This document shows positions 1-8,606 of a stretch of DNA of 64,000 bases, in pieces. The notes under the pieces were generated by a model. That model was not told the origin of the DNA, did no database searches, and saw only the letters and a program-made list of their open reading frames with translations. Source of the DNA: Verrucomicrobiota bacterium (GTDB lineage Bacteria; Verrucomicrobiota; Kiritimatiellia; UBA8416; JABMPJ01). The stretch's first letter is position 1. Each line of letters starts with the position of its first letter. The position numbers and the translations under genes are program-made. The stretch covers positions 1,065 through 65,064 of the forward strand of contig JABGQM010000024.1 in the NCBI GenBank assembly GCA_018648805.1, in the 5' to 3' direction.

Positions 1-1198
1 GGCTGCCAGTGCACTGATCAGGCCGGACAACAGCAGTGCCCCGACTGCTTTTCTCGGACCGGACGCGGCGATCGCCCGGTGAAGCAGGCAGTCGACGCCC
101 CACAGCACAGGGACCACCACCGTGACTAGGGCCAGGTACATGCGATGTTCATTGTAGACATTCAGAGTGGGGGCCAGGCTGGATGATGGGGCCAGCAGCA
201 CGAAGAAGGCAAAGCCAAGGAATCCGAGCGGACGCCGCTTGATCGTACCGATCAGGCTGAACACAAACAGGATCGCCAATGGCAGCGCCGGCAGCAGGAT
301 TTCCTGCCAGCCTTGCGAGATGTGGTTGGTGTAGTCGAGCACGAGTCCGCGCGGCCAGAAGGCGAGCCGGAGGTACTTCAAGATGACCAAGGGCTGTGAA
401 GCGGCGTACCTCAGAACTCCGGTAGTGGATGCGTCGCGCGACATCCCTTCAAACGTCGCCGCCACCAGCAGGATCATGATGATCCAGGTTGAGATAAGCC
501 CGAGGTAGAGACCGCGTCGTTGCCGCCAGAGGTGCGCGGGCTTCTGTCCGCTGAACACGTAGTCGTACAGCATCACCAGTATGGGTGCAGTCACCATGCT
601 CTCCTTGGTTCCCATTCCCAGCGCGCAGGCGATCACGGCGATGGTCGGCCAGAGGCGTGGGCGGGTGGTGCTGGAGGCACGGATCGACGCGTAGAGCGTG
701 AGCAGATAGAACATCCCCATCAGCGAGACGGCGCGCTGCACGGTGTAGGTGACCGCCTCCGTCTGCAGCGGATGTACCGCCCACACCATCGCGGCAACCG
801 CGGCGAACGCCGCTGGAACGGCGTGCGGCCGGGACGCCGGCGGCAGGCCCGCGAGGGTCCGCCTCACGATACCGAACAGCAGGAGCGCCGAGGCCAGGTG
901 CACCAGAATATTGATGAGATGAAAGCCCCACGGCGCATCGCCCGTGAGCTGGTAGTTCAGCGCCAGGGAGAGGGCGAGGACCGGGCGCGTATCGACCGTC
1001 GCGCCCGTGTTCCAGAGCGGCAGGCAGAGCGGCTCGGAGAGCGGCCACAGTCGGCGGATATGGGGATTGTCACGGATCGATTCGACATCATCGACCTCAA
1101 AGAACTCCCCCTGCAGACCGCTGGAGAAGGCCAGAATGACGGGAAGGAGGATAAGGAGGAGGGGGAGGAAGCGGTGAAGTTGATGCTTCTTGGTCATA
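1..1198 (-). CDS. TMTC/PMT-like GT-C membrane glycosyltransferase paralog (N-terminal multi-pass domain; C-terminal TPR part lies beyond window edge), partial
   Basis: Reverse-strand translation from ATG at 1198 (MTKKHQLHRFLPLLLILLPVILAFSSG...SIRDNPHIRRLWPLSEP...HLINILVHLASALLLFG...VHPLQTEAVTYTVQRA) is >90% identical to paralog 2531..4492; single frame to window edge; not in ORF track because no stop in window. Confidence 0.7.
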
Positions 1199-1235
1199 CT
1201 TTCTCGTCCGTGCTCATCCACCCATCTCGATTCTG

Positions 1236-1330
1236 ATCAGAGATTAAGGCGAAAGACCAGGGAACCCAAGCACGGATACCTTAATCTTTCGCCTTAATCT
1301 TTTGCCCTGATCTTCTGCCCTGATTTTCTG
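1236..1330. repeat. GATTAAGGCGAAAG hairpin element (family D) + 12-nt tandem (ccctgatcttctg) upstream of paralog 1
   Basis: gattaaggcgaaagaccaggg aacccaagcacggatac cttaatctttcgccttaatc: arms reverse-complementary. Confidence 0.7.
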
Positions 1331-2400
1331 CGCGCCAGATGGTCTGCGATCCAGCGGGCAATCTGACGATTCGCGGGTGCGTTCCAATGTCCATCCGGTG
1401 CCAGCCACTCGCCGCCGTGCGCCAGGTACCCGCGTTCGAGGGGACCATAGAGGTCGAGCAGATCCACACCGGTCTCCTCGAAGGCCTGCCGCATCATCCC
1501 GTAAACGGGCGCATACGGTGCGTTGCGGCGCACATCGTTGATCCCCCGCGCCACGGGCATGGTCACCACGGTCAGTCCGATGTCGTGTTTCTCACACGTG
1601 GCTCTCACCCGAGCCAGTATCAGCCGACTGACCTCAATGGTTTCGTCCGCCTGGACCGGCCTGTCAAGCGTGTCCGGGAGTCGGCCGAAAAGGATGGCGG
1701 CAAGAAAGCAATGGCGGAAGATCCACGGCTGATGAGTGGCCGTCGGCACCGGAACGTTACGGACCGCCAATCCGGCATCGTCCACGTCGAAGTACGGCTT
1801 GGGATGCGTATAGAGGTCAGTCCGGTCACGGACGACGTCCGACGGCAGCATCACCACGAACACCGCGTGATCGGGGTTGAAACCGACCCCCTGCTGCTCC
1901 AGCCGGAGCATCATCTGACCGAAACCGTACGAATTCTCCCCGAAGTTAAGTGCTTCGGTGCCGGGCAGACATGTTTCCAAGAAGGCCGGTACCGTTTGGT
2001 CGTTGTCAACCCACTGCCCCCAGACGCAGGAGTCGCCAAACACGGCAATGCGCGTGATTCCCGAAGCAGGAGAAGGTGCGTAATCGCGAGTGGCGCGCAA
2101 CCCCTGGTTGTTAATTGTCAGCTTGAAGGGAAACAAGGCATCGCCGCGGAGCCCTGGGAGACTGGTCCACCCCAACACCCGGTGATACGTCTCGCCGTTG
2201 GAACGAAAAGCATCGCGCCCCCCGGACTCGGATATCCATTGAGCCACGCCGGTGATGCGCTCGATCTTCCTGTACCGCCAACGCAGGACAAGCTCGGCAC
2301 CAACCAGCACCACTAGCACGGCGAGCAGCACGGTGAGCAGGGCAAACACGCGCCGCTTTCCGCGCGTCGGCGCGTCACTAATGGAGTCGGCTTGTTTCAT
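1294..2400 (-). CDS. SGNH/GDSL-family hydrolase with N-terminal membrane anchor
   Basis: N-terminal TM helix (FALLTVLLAVLVVLVGAELVL); block I IAVFGDSCVWGQ (GDS), block V DGHWNAPAN (DxxH); C-terminal 12 codons read into hairpin repeat D. Confidence 0.65.
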   Translation of the reverse strand: MKQADSISDAPTRGKRRVFALLTVLLAVLVVLVGAELVLRWRYRKIERITGVAQWISESGGRDAFRSNGETYHRVLGWTSLPGLRGDALFPFKLTINNQGLRATRDYAPSPASGITRIAVFGDSCVWGQWVDNDQTVPAFLETCLPGTEALNFGENSYGFGQMMLRLEQQGVGFNPDHAVFVVMLPSDVVRDRTDLYTHPKPYFDVDDAGLAVRNVPVPTATHQPWIFRHCFLAAILFGRLPDTLDRPVQADETIEVSRLILARVRATCEKHDIGLTVVTMPVARGINDVRRNAPYAPVYGMMRQAFEETGVDLLDLYGPLERGYLAHGGEWLAPDGHWNAPANRQIARWIADHLARRKSGQKIRAKD

Positions 2401-2530
2401 TGGAGCATCGGCTCGGTCGCACTTCGCAGCTTGGGTACTTCGGGTTTCATCATTCCTTCAGGCTTCGCGCTTCGCTTGCTACGCCTGGACAAGTGGGTAT
2501 TGGGGTACCTTCCTCCAGAGGCGGACCAGC

Positions 2531-4492
2531 CTATGGCTGGGGGTATTGGGGTATTTCCACCCCTCCCTTTCCCATCATCTCCCTTGTCTTGCGCAGATTC
2601 TCACGTGCCGCATTATAATCCGGCTTCAGTCGCAACGCCCGCTCGAAATGCCGGATCGCGTCGGGAAGCCGGCCGCCGGCCCGGTAGACAATGCCCAGGT
2701 TGTTGTGAGCTTCAGCGAAGTCCGGCTTGAGCCGGACGGCCTGCCGGTAGTGCTCAATCGCTTCGCGGGGGCGGCCCAGCTTCAGCAGGGCGTTGCCCAG
2801 GTTGTAGTGGGCATCCGCCAGGTTCGGCTTGATCCGCACAGCCTCTTGATAGTGGACAATCGCTTCCTGCGGTCGCCCGAGCGCCTCGAGTGCGATGCCC
2901 CAGTTGAAGTGTGCCTCCGCGTGGTCGGGCTCGAGCCGTAGGGCTTCGCTGTAGAGAGGGATCGCCTCCAGTGGGCGGCTCAACTTCAATAGGACATTGC
3001 CCAGGTTGCTGTGAGCGTCTGCCATGCCGGGCTCGAGCCGCAGCGCTTCCTGCAAGTGCAGAACGGCTTCGCGCGGACGTCCCAGCTCCAGCAGGGCATT
3101 GCCCAGATCGTTGTGGGCGGTTGAAGAGTGGGGCCGTTTCTCGACGTTGTCGGTCCAGAATGCCAATGAAGTGCGCCAATCGCGGTTGCGCACGAAGGTT
3201 CCCGTGGCCAGGGCGACTATCAAGGCCGCCGCCAAGAACGCCTCAACGGCTCTGCGTGGGCCGGCCCTGGCGATCCCCCGACGCAGCAGGAGATCAAGCC
3301 CCGCCAGGGCGGAAATCACAACCGTGGCCAACGCCAGGTACATGCGGTGTTCATTGTAGACGTTCAGCGTGGGGGCAATGCTCGACGACGGAGCCAGCAG
3401 CACGAAGAAGGCGAAGCCCAGAAAAGCGACGGGACGCCGCTTGATGATACCGACTAGGCTGAAAACAAACAGAATGACCAACGGAAGCGCCGGCAGCAGG
3501 ATCTCCAACCAGCCTTGCGAGACGCGATTGGTGTAGTCGAGCACGAGCCCGCGTGGCCAGAAGGCGAGGCGCAGGTATTTCAGGATGACCAGGGGCTGTG
3601 ATCCGGCGTAGTGCAGAACGCCCGTACTGGACGCGTCGTGCGCCATCTTCCCGAATGTCGCCGCCACTAGGAGGATCATAATGACCCAGGTCGAGATCAG
3701 CCCGAGGTAGAGGCCGCGGCGTTGGCGCCAGAGGTGGGCGGGCGCCTGTCTACTTGTCTCTGATCCCCCTATGTGGCCTCGCTCTCGGCGAGAGCGGGCT
3801 ACACCCATTGTGCGTCCCTGTAGCCCGCGCTCGCCGAGCGCGAGGCCGCCCCTAAACACGTAGTCATACAGCATCACCAACAAAGGCGCAGTCACCATGC
3901 TCTCCTTGGTTCCCATTCCCAGCGCACAGGCGACGATGGCAATGGCGGTCCAGCGGCATGGGCGGGTGCTGGTGAAGGCGCGAATCGACGCATAGAGCGT
4001 GAGGAGGTAGAACATCCCCATCAGGGAGACGGCGCGCTGCACGGTGTAGGTGACCGCCTCGGTCTGCAGCGGGTGCACCGCCCAGACGGTCGCCGCGACG
4101 GCGGCGAACACCGTCGGCCCGGCGCGCGGCCGGGATGCCTCCGGCAGGGCGGCGAGGGTCCGCCGTGCGATACCGAACAGCAATAGCGCCGAGGCCAGGT
4201 GCACCAGCAGGTTGACCAGATGGAAGCCCCAGGGCGCATCGCCCGTGAGCTGGTAGTTCAGCGCCAAGGAGAGGGCGAGGACCGGTCGCGTATCGACCGT
4301 GGCGCCCGTGTTCCAGAGCGGCAGGCAGAGCGGCTCGGAGAGAGGCCACAGCCGGCGGATATGGGGATTGTCGCGGATCGATTCGACATCATCGACCTCA
4401 AAGAACTCGCCCTGCAGACCGCTGGAAAAGGCCAGAATGACGGGAAGGACGATCAGGAGGAGGGGGAGGAGACGTTTGAGTGGATGTTTCAT
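2531..4492 (-). CDS. TMTC/PMT-like GT-C membrane domain + TPR-repeat protein (paralog 2), with in-frame REP/BIME insertion
   Basis: Conserved N-term YDDxxSIRDNPHIR, HLVNLLVHLA, VHPLQTE(A/S)VTY, MGxK; C-terminal TPR units (AEAHxNLGxAL...). Insertion RGGLALGERGLQGRTMGVARSRRERGHIGGSETS absent from copy 1. Confidence 0.7.
   Translation of the reverse strand: MKHPLKRLLPLLLIVLPVILAFSSGLQGEFFEVDDVESIRDNPHIRRLWPLSEPLCLPLWNTGATVDTRPVLALSLALNYQLTGDAPWGFHLVNLLVHLASALLLFGIARRTLAALPEASRPRAGPTVFAAVAATVWAVHPLQTEAVTYTVQRAVSLMGMFYLLTLYASIRAFTSTRPCRWTAIAIVACALGMGTKESMVTAPLLVMLYDYVFRGGLALGERGLQGRTMGVARSRRERGHIGGSETSRQAPAHLWRQRRGLYLGLISTWVIMILLVAATFGKMAHDASSTGVLHYAGSQPLVILKYLRLAFWPRGLVLDYTNRVSQGWLEILLPALPLVILFVFSLVGIIKRRPVAFLGFAFFVLLAPSSSIAPTLNVYNEHRMYLALATVVISALAGLDLLLRRGIARAGPRRAVEAFLAAALIVALATGTFVRNRDWRTSLAFWTDNVEKRPHSSTAHNDLGNALLELGRPREAVLHLQEALRLEPGMADAHSNLGNVLLKLSRPLEAIPLYSEALRLEPDHAEAHFNWGIALEALGRPQEAIVHYQEAVRIKPNLADAHYNLGNALLKLGRPREAIEHYRQAVRLKPDFAEAHNNLGIVYRAGGRLPDAIRHFERALRLKPDYNAARENLRKTREMMGKGGVEIPQYPQP
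3775..3848. repeat. REP pair (BIME-like) inside CDS 2531..4492, in frame
   Basis: ggcctcgctctcggcgagagcgggctaca...ctgtagcccgcgctcgccgagcgcgaggcc; each REP = GTAG tail + 7-bp stem CGCGCTC/GAGCGCG with 3-nt loop. Confidence 0.85.
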
Positions 4493-4495
4493 CCT

Positions 4496-6460
4496 TCAGC
4501 CTTCATCCTTCATCCCTCTCTTCATCGTCGCCCTCGTCTCCCGCAGATTCCTCTGCGCCGCAGTATAATCCGGCTTCAGTCGCAACGCCCGCTCGAAATG
4601 CCGGATCGCGTCGGGAAGCCGGCCGCCGGCCCGGTAGACAATGCCCAGGTTGTTGTGAGCTTCAGCGAAGTCCGGCTTGAGCCGGACGGCCTGCCGGTAG
4701 TGCTCAATCGCTTCGCGGGGGCGGCCCAGCGCGACCACGGCATTGCCCAGGTTGTAGTGGGCCTCCGGCAGGCCCGGGCTGAGCCGCAGCGCTTCCCGGC
4801 AGTGCTCAGCCGCTTCCCGGGAGCGGCCCAAAGCGTGTAGCGTACTGCCCAGGTTGTTGTGGGCGTCGGCAAAGTCAGGCTTGTGCTGAAGGGCCTCCTC
4901 ATAGTGCAGAATCGCCTGAGCGATGTGCCCCAACGCCTGCAGGGCATTGCCCAGGTTGTGGTGGGCGCGGGCGAAGTCGGGATCGAGCGCCACGGCTGCC
5001 TTAAGATGCTGGGCCGCTTCCGCGTATCGTCCATCCTTCAGCAGGCACCAGCCCACGCCGTTCCGGGCAAACGAACTCTCCGGACGATGGGCGACATTGT
5101 CCTGCCAGATCCGCAGTTCACTGTGATAGTCCCTGTTGCGGGCGTGTGTGAGGCACCCGAGCGCGGCTACGACGGTCAGCGTCAGGCAGCCGCCCAGCAC
5201 GGCCCGCCGTTTCGGATGCGGGGCGAGCTTCCGAATAGCGTATTCAGCGCCAAGAACGGCAAGCATGACGACGGCAGCCAGCGACAGGTACATGCGGTGC
5301 TCAAAGATCGCCTGCCGCATGGGCGCGATGCTCGAGGTCGGCGCCAGGATCAGGAAGAACCACGCGAGCACAAACCCATACCACTTGCGGCGCCACAGGC
5401 CGCGGAACATCACGGCCAGCATGCCCAGGACGGCCAGCCCCGGGAACACGATGCGCGGCCATTGATCCTCCAGCGTCCAGCCGTAGGAGAGCACCAGCGG
5501 CGCGGGCCAGACCGCCAGACGCAGGTACTGCAGCAGAACGAGGGGCTGGGTCAGGGCATAGCGCAGCGGGCTGATGTTGACGAAATCGATCGTTGATTCC
5601 TGCCAGGTGGCGACGATGATCCCGAAGACGATCAGCCAGGTGGAACACAGGGCCGCGTAGAACCGGCCTCGCCCCGGACGTCCGGGGCGGGCTACATGGC
5701 CGCCTCTCTGTAGCCCGCGCTCGCCGAGCGCGAGGCCACCAGGTTTGAGGCCACCAGTGAATACGTAGTCATAGAGAATCACGAGCAGCGGCGCGCTGAA
5801 CATGGTTTGCTTGACCCCCATTCCGATGGCACAGGCGATGACGGCGGCCACGTACCAGCGTCCACCCTTGTCGCTCGTGAACCCACGGATGGAGCAGTAC
5901 ATCGTCAGGAGGAACAGCATGCCCATCAGTGATTCGGCACGTTGCACGATGTAGGTGACGCTCTCGGTCTGCAGCGGGTGCACCAGCCAGATCAGGGCGG
6001 TGGACAGGGCGAGCCAGGTTCCCCTCCTGCGCCAAGGCTCCGGCGGGCAGGCGCTGGATGCATACCGCTCCCGAAACTGCGGCAGGTCCAGCGTGCGCCT
6101 GACGATGCCAAACAGGAGCAGGCCGGCCGCGAGGTGGATCAGCAGGTTGACCAGGTGGTAGCCCCACGGCTCTGGACCGAAGAGCCAGTGGTTTAGGGCA
6201 AAGGAGAGGCTGAGCAGCGGCCGGCCATCCACGGTGACACCGGTGTTCCACAGCGGCAGCGACATGGATTCGCTGAGCGGCCACAGCGCCCGGATATGGG
6301 GATTGTCGCGAATGGAGTCGATATCGTCGAAGAGGAACACGCCGTCGAAACTGTTCCAGTACGCCAGCACCCCCACTAGGATGAGGAGCATGGGAGGGAG
6401 GAGGCGACTCAGCAGTATGTGAGTGTGTGGGTGTGTGGGTGTGTGGGTGTTGCTTTGCAT
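4496..6460 (-). CDS. TMTC/PMT-like GT-C + TPR protein (paralog 3), in-frame REP insertion
   Basis: Same architecture; stop 4 nt from start of paralog 2; loop insertion GGLALGERGLQRGGHVARPGRPGRGRF encoded by REP pair 5666..5737. Confidence 0.7.
   Translation of the reverse strand: MQSNTHTPTHPHTHILLSRLLPPMLLILVGVLAYWNSFDGVFLFDDIDSIRDNPHIRALWPLSESMSLPLWNTGVTVDGRPLLSLSFALNHWLFGPEPWGYHLVNLLIHLAAGLLLFGIVRRTLDLPQFRERYASSACPPEPWRRRGTWLALSTALIWLVHPLQTESVTYIVQRAESLMGMLFLLTMYCSIRGFTSDKGGRWYVAAVIACAIGMGVKQTMFSAPLLVILYDYVFTGGLKPGGLALGERGLQRGGHVARPGRPGRGRFYAALCSTWLIVFGIIVATWQESTIDFVNISPLRYALTQPLVLLQYLRLAVWPAPLVLSYGWTLEDQWPRIVFPGLAVLGMLAVMFRGLWRRKWYGFVLAWFFLILAPTSSIAPMRQAIFEHRMYLSLAAVVMLAVLGAEYAIRKLAPHPKRRAVLGGCLTLTVVAALGCLTHARNRDYHSELRIWQDNVAHRPESSFARNGVGWCLLKDGRYAEAAQHLKAAVALDPDFARAHHNLGNALQALGHIAQAILHYEEALQHKPDFADAHNNLGSTLHALGRSREAAEHCREALRLSPGLPEAHYNLGNAVVALGRPREAIEHYRQAVRLKPDFAEAHNNLGIVYRAGGRLPDAIRHFERALRLKPDYTAAQRNLRETRATMKRGMKDEG
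5666..5737. repeat. REP pair inside CDS 4496..6460, in frame
   Basis: gggctacatgg...ctgtagcccgcgctcgccgagcgcgaggcc. Confidence 0.85.
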
Positions 6461-6545
6461 GACAAACGATTAAGGTGAAAGATTAGGGCGAAAGATTAGG
6501 AAACCCAAGCACGGATACCTTAATCTTTCGCCTTAATCTTTTGCC
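6461..6545. repeat. Family D hairpin element, occupies whole 5' leader of paralog 3
   Basis: gattaaggtgaaagattagggcgaaagattagg aaacccaagcacggatac cttaatctttcgccttaatcttttgccctaatc; ends 5 nt before ATG (minus strand). Confidence 0.75.
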
Positions 6546-8606
6546 CTAATCCTCCACTCTCCCTTCCCCCTCCCCAATCATCTCCCTATCGATCATGCCC
6601 AAGTCTCGCAAAGCGATGCTCAGGTTGTTGTGGGCTTCGGCGTGGTCCGGCTTGAGCTGTAAGGCATGCCGGTAGTGCTCGACAGCCTCCCGCGGTTGCC
6701 CCAGTGCCAGCAGGGCGTTGCCCAGGTTGAAGGACGCTTCCGCCATATCAGGCTTGATCCGCAGCGCTTCCCGGCAGTGCGGGATGGCTGCCTGCAGGTG
6801 ACCCAGCGTCAGCAAGGCGTTGCCCAGGTTGTTGTGGGCTTCGGCGTGGTCGGGCTTGAGCTGCACGGCCTGCTGATAGTGGGGTATGGCTTCCTGCAGG
6901 CGCCCTGCCGCTGCCAGTGCCACCCCCAGGTTGTAGTGGGCCTCTACCCGGCCCGGATCGAGCTGCAAGGCCTGTTGATAATGTGATATCGCATCCTGTG
7001 GCCGCCCTGTCGCGTAAAGAGCCATACCCCAGTTGTTGTGGGCCTCCGCGTAGTCGGGTTTGAGCCGCAGCGCTTCCCGGTAGTGCGGGATGGCTTCCAG
7101 GGGCCGGCCCAGCGCATGCAAGGCGTTGCCCAGGTTGTTGTGGGCTTCGACGTGGTCGGGCTGGATCCTCAGGGCGGACCGGAGATGCCTGACCGCTTCC
7201 GCGTATCGTCCCTCATTCCGCAGGGAACAGGCCAGATTGTTGCGGGCAAAATGGCTCTCGGGGCAATGGGCGACATTGTCCTGCCAGATCCTCATCGCAC
7301 TGTGATAGTCCCGGTTGCGGTCGTGCGTGCGGTATCCCAACACGATCACGCTTGCCAGCGCCAGACAGCCGCCCACTGCGGCCCGTCGTTTCGGATGCGT
7401 GGCCAACTTTCGAACAGCGTATTCAGCGCCAAGAACGGCAAGCATGACGACGGCAGCCAGCGACAGGTACATGCGGTGCTCAAAGATCGCCTGCCGCATG
7501 GGCGCGATGCTGGAGGTCGGCGCCAGGATCAGGAAGAACCACGCGAGCACAAACCCGTACCACTTGCGGCGCCACAGGCCGCGGAACATCACGGCCAGCA
7601 TACCCAGGATGGCGATAGCCGGAAACACGATGCGCGGCCATTGATCCTCCAGTGTCCAGCCGTAGCTCAGCGCCAACGGCCAGGGCCAGATCGCTAAACG
7701 CAGGTAGGTTAGAAGTACGAGCGGCTGGGTGAGGGCATAGCGCAGCGGGCTGATTGTGACGAAATCGCTCGTCGACTCTTTCCAGGTGAGCCCGATGATC
7801 CCGAATACGATCAGCCAGGTGGAGCACAGGGCCGCGTAGAACCGGCCTCGCGCTCGGCGAGCGCGGGCTACAGGGGCCGCTCTCTGTAGCCCGCGCTCGC
7901 CGAGCGCGAGGCCACCAGGTTCGAGGCCACCAGTGAATACGTAGTCATAGAGAATCACGAGCAGCGGCACGCTGAACATCGTCTGCTTGACCCCCATGCC
8001 GATGGCGCAGGCGAGGACCGCCGCCACGTGCCAGCGTCCGCCCTTGTCGCTCGTGAACCCACGGATAGAGCAGTACATGGTCAACAGAAACAGCATGCCC
8101 ATCAGTGATTCAGCACGTTGCACGATATAGGTGACGCTCTCGGTTTGCAGCGGGTGCACGATCCAGATCAGGGCGGTGGCCAGGGCAAGCCAGGTCCCCC
8201 TGCTGCGCCAAGGCTCCGAAGGGCAAGCACTGCGTGCAAACCGCTCACGAAAGCGGGGCAGCGCAAGTGTGCGCCTGATCACCCCGAACAGCAGCAACCC
8301 GGCCCCGATGTGAATCAGCAGATTGACAAGATGGTAGCCCCACGGTTCCGGGCCAAAGAGCCAGTGGTTCAGGGCGAAAGAGAGGCTGAGCAGTGGCCGC
8401 CCGTCCACGGTCAACGCCGAGCTCCACAGCGGTAGCGACATGGCCTCGCTCAGCGGCCAGAGCTGGCGGATGTGGGGGTTATCGCGAATGGAGGCCAGGT
8501 CGTCGTAAACGAACACGCCGTCAAAGCTGCTCCAATAGACCAGCACACCCGCCAGGATGAGGAGGAGGGGGGGAAGGAGACGTCTTGTTTGCTGGAGGTC
8601 TTTCAT
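6546..8606 (-). CDS. TMTC/PMT-like GT-C + TPR protein (paralog 4), in-frame REP insertion
   Basis: Same motifs; insertion GGLALGERGLQRAAPVARARRARGRF encoded by REP pair 7855..7922. Confidence 0.7.
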   Translation of the reverse strand: MKDLQQTRRLLPPLLLILAGVLVYWSSFDGVFVYDDLASIRDNPHIRQLWPLSEAMSLPLWSSALTVDGRPLLSLSFALNHWLFGPEPWGYHLVNLLIHIGAGLLLFGVIRRTLALPRFRERFARSACPSEPWRSRGTWLALATALIWIVHPLQTESVTYIVQRAESLMGMLFLLTMYCSIRGFTSDKGGRWHVAAVLACAIGMGVKQTMFSVPLLVILYDYVFTGGLEPGGLALGERGLQRAAPVARARRARGRFYAALCSTWLIVFGIIGLTWKESTSDFVTISPLRYALTQPLVLLTYLRLAIWPWPLALSYGWTLEDQWPRIVFPAIAILGMLAVMFRGLWRRKWYGFVLAWFFLILAPTSSIAPMRQAIFEHRMYLSLAAVVMLAVLGAEYAVRKLATHPKRRAAVGGCLALASVIVLGYRTHDRNRDYHSAMRIWQDNVAHCPESHFARNNLACSLRNEGRYAEAVRHLRSALRIQPDHVEAHNNLGNALHALGRPLEAIPHYREALRLKPDYAEAHNNWGMALYATGRPQDAISHYQQALQLDPGRVEAHYNLGVALAAAGRLQEAIPHYQQAVQLKPDHAEAHNNLGNALLTLGHLQAAIPHCREALRIKPDMAEASFNLGNALLALGQPREAVEHYRHALQLKPDHAEAHNNLSIALRDLGMIDREMIGEGEGRVED
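7855..7922. repeat. REP pair inside CDS 6546..8606, in frame
   Basis: ggcctcgcgctcggcgagcgcgggctacag/ctgtagcccgcgctcgccgagcgcgaggcc, two inverted copies. Confidence 0.85.

Noticed and set aside
449-1236. ORF-track ORFs 449..1048 (-) and 520..1236 (+) of ~200-240 aa
   Set aside because: Both lie entirely inside the real minus-strand paralog 1..1198, in other frames. Their products are Arg/Gly/Pro/Ala-rich with no motifs. They are typical shadow ORFs of high-GC DNA.
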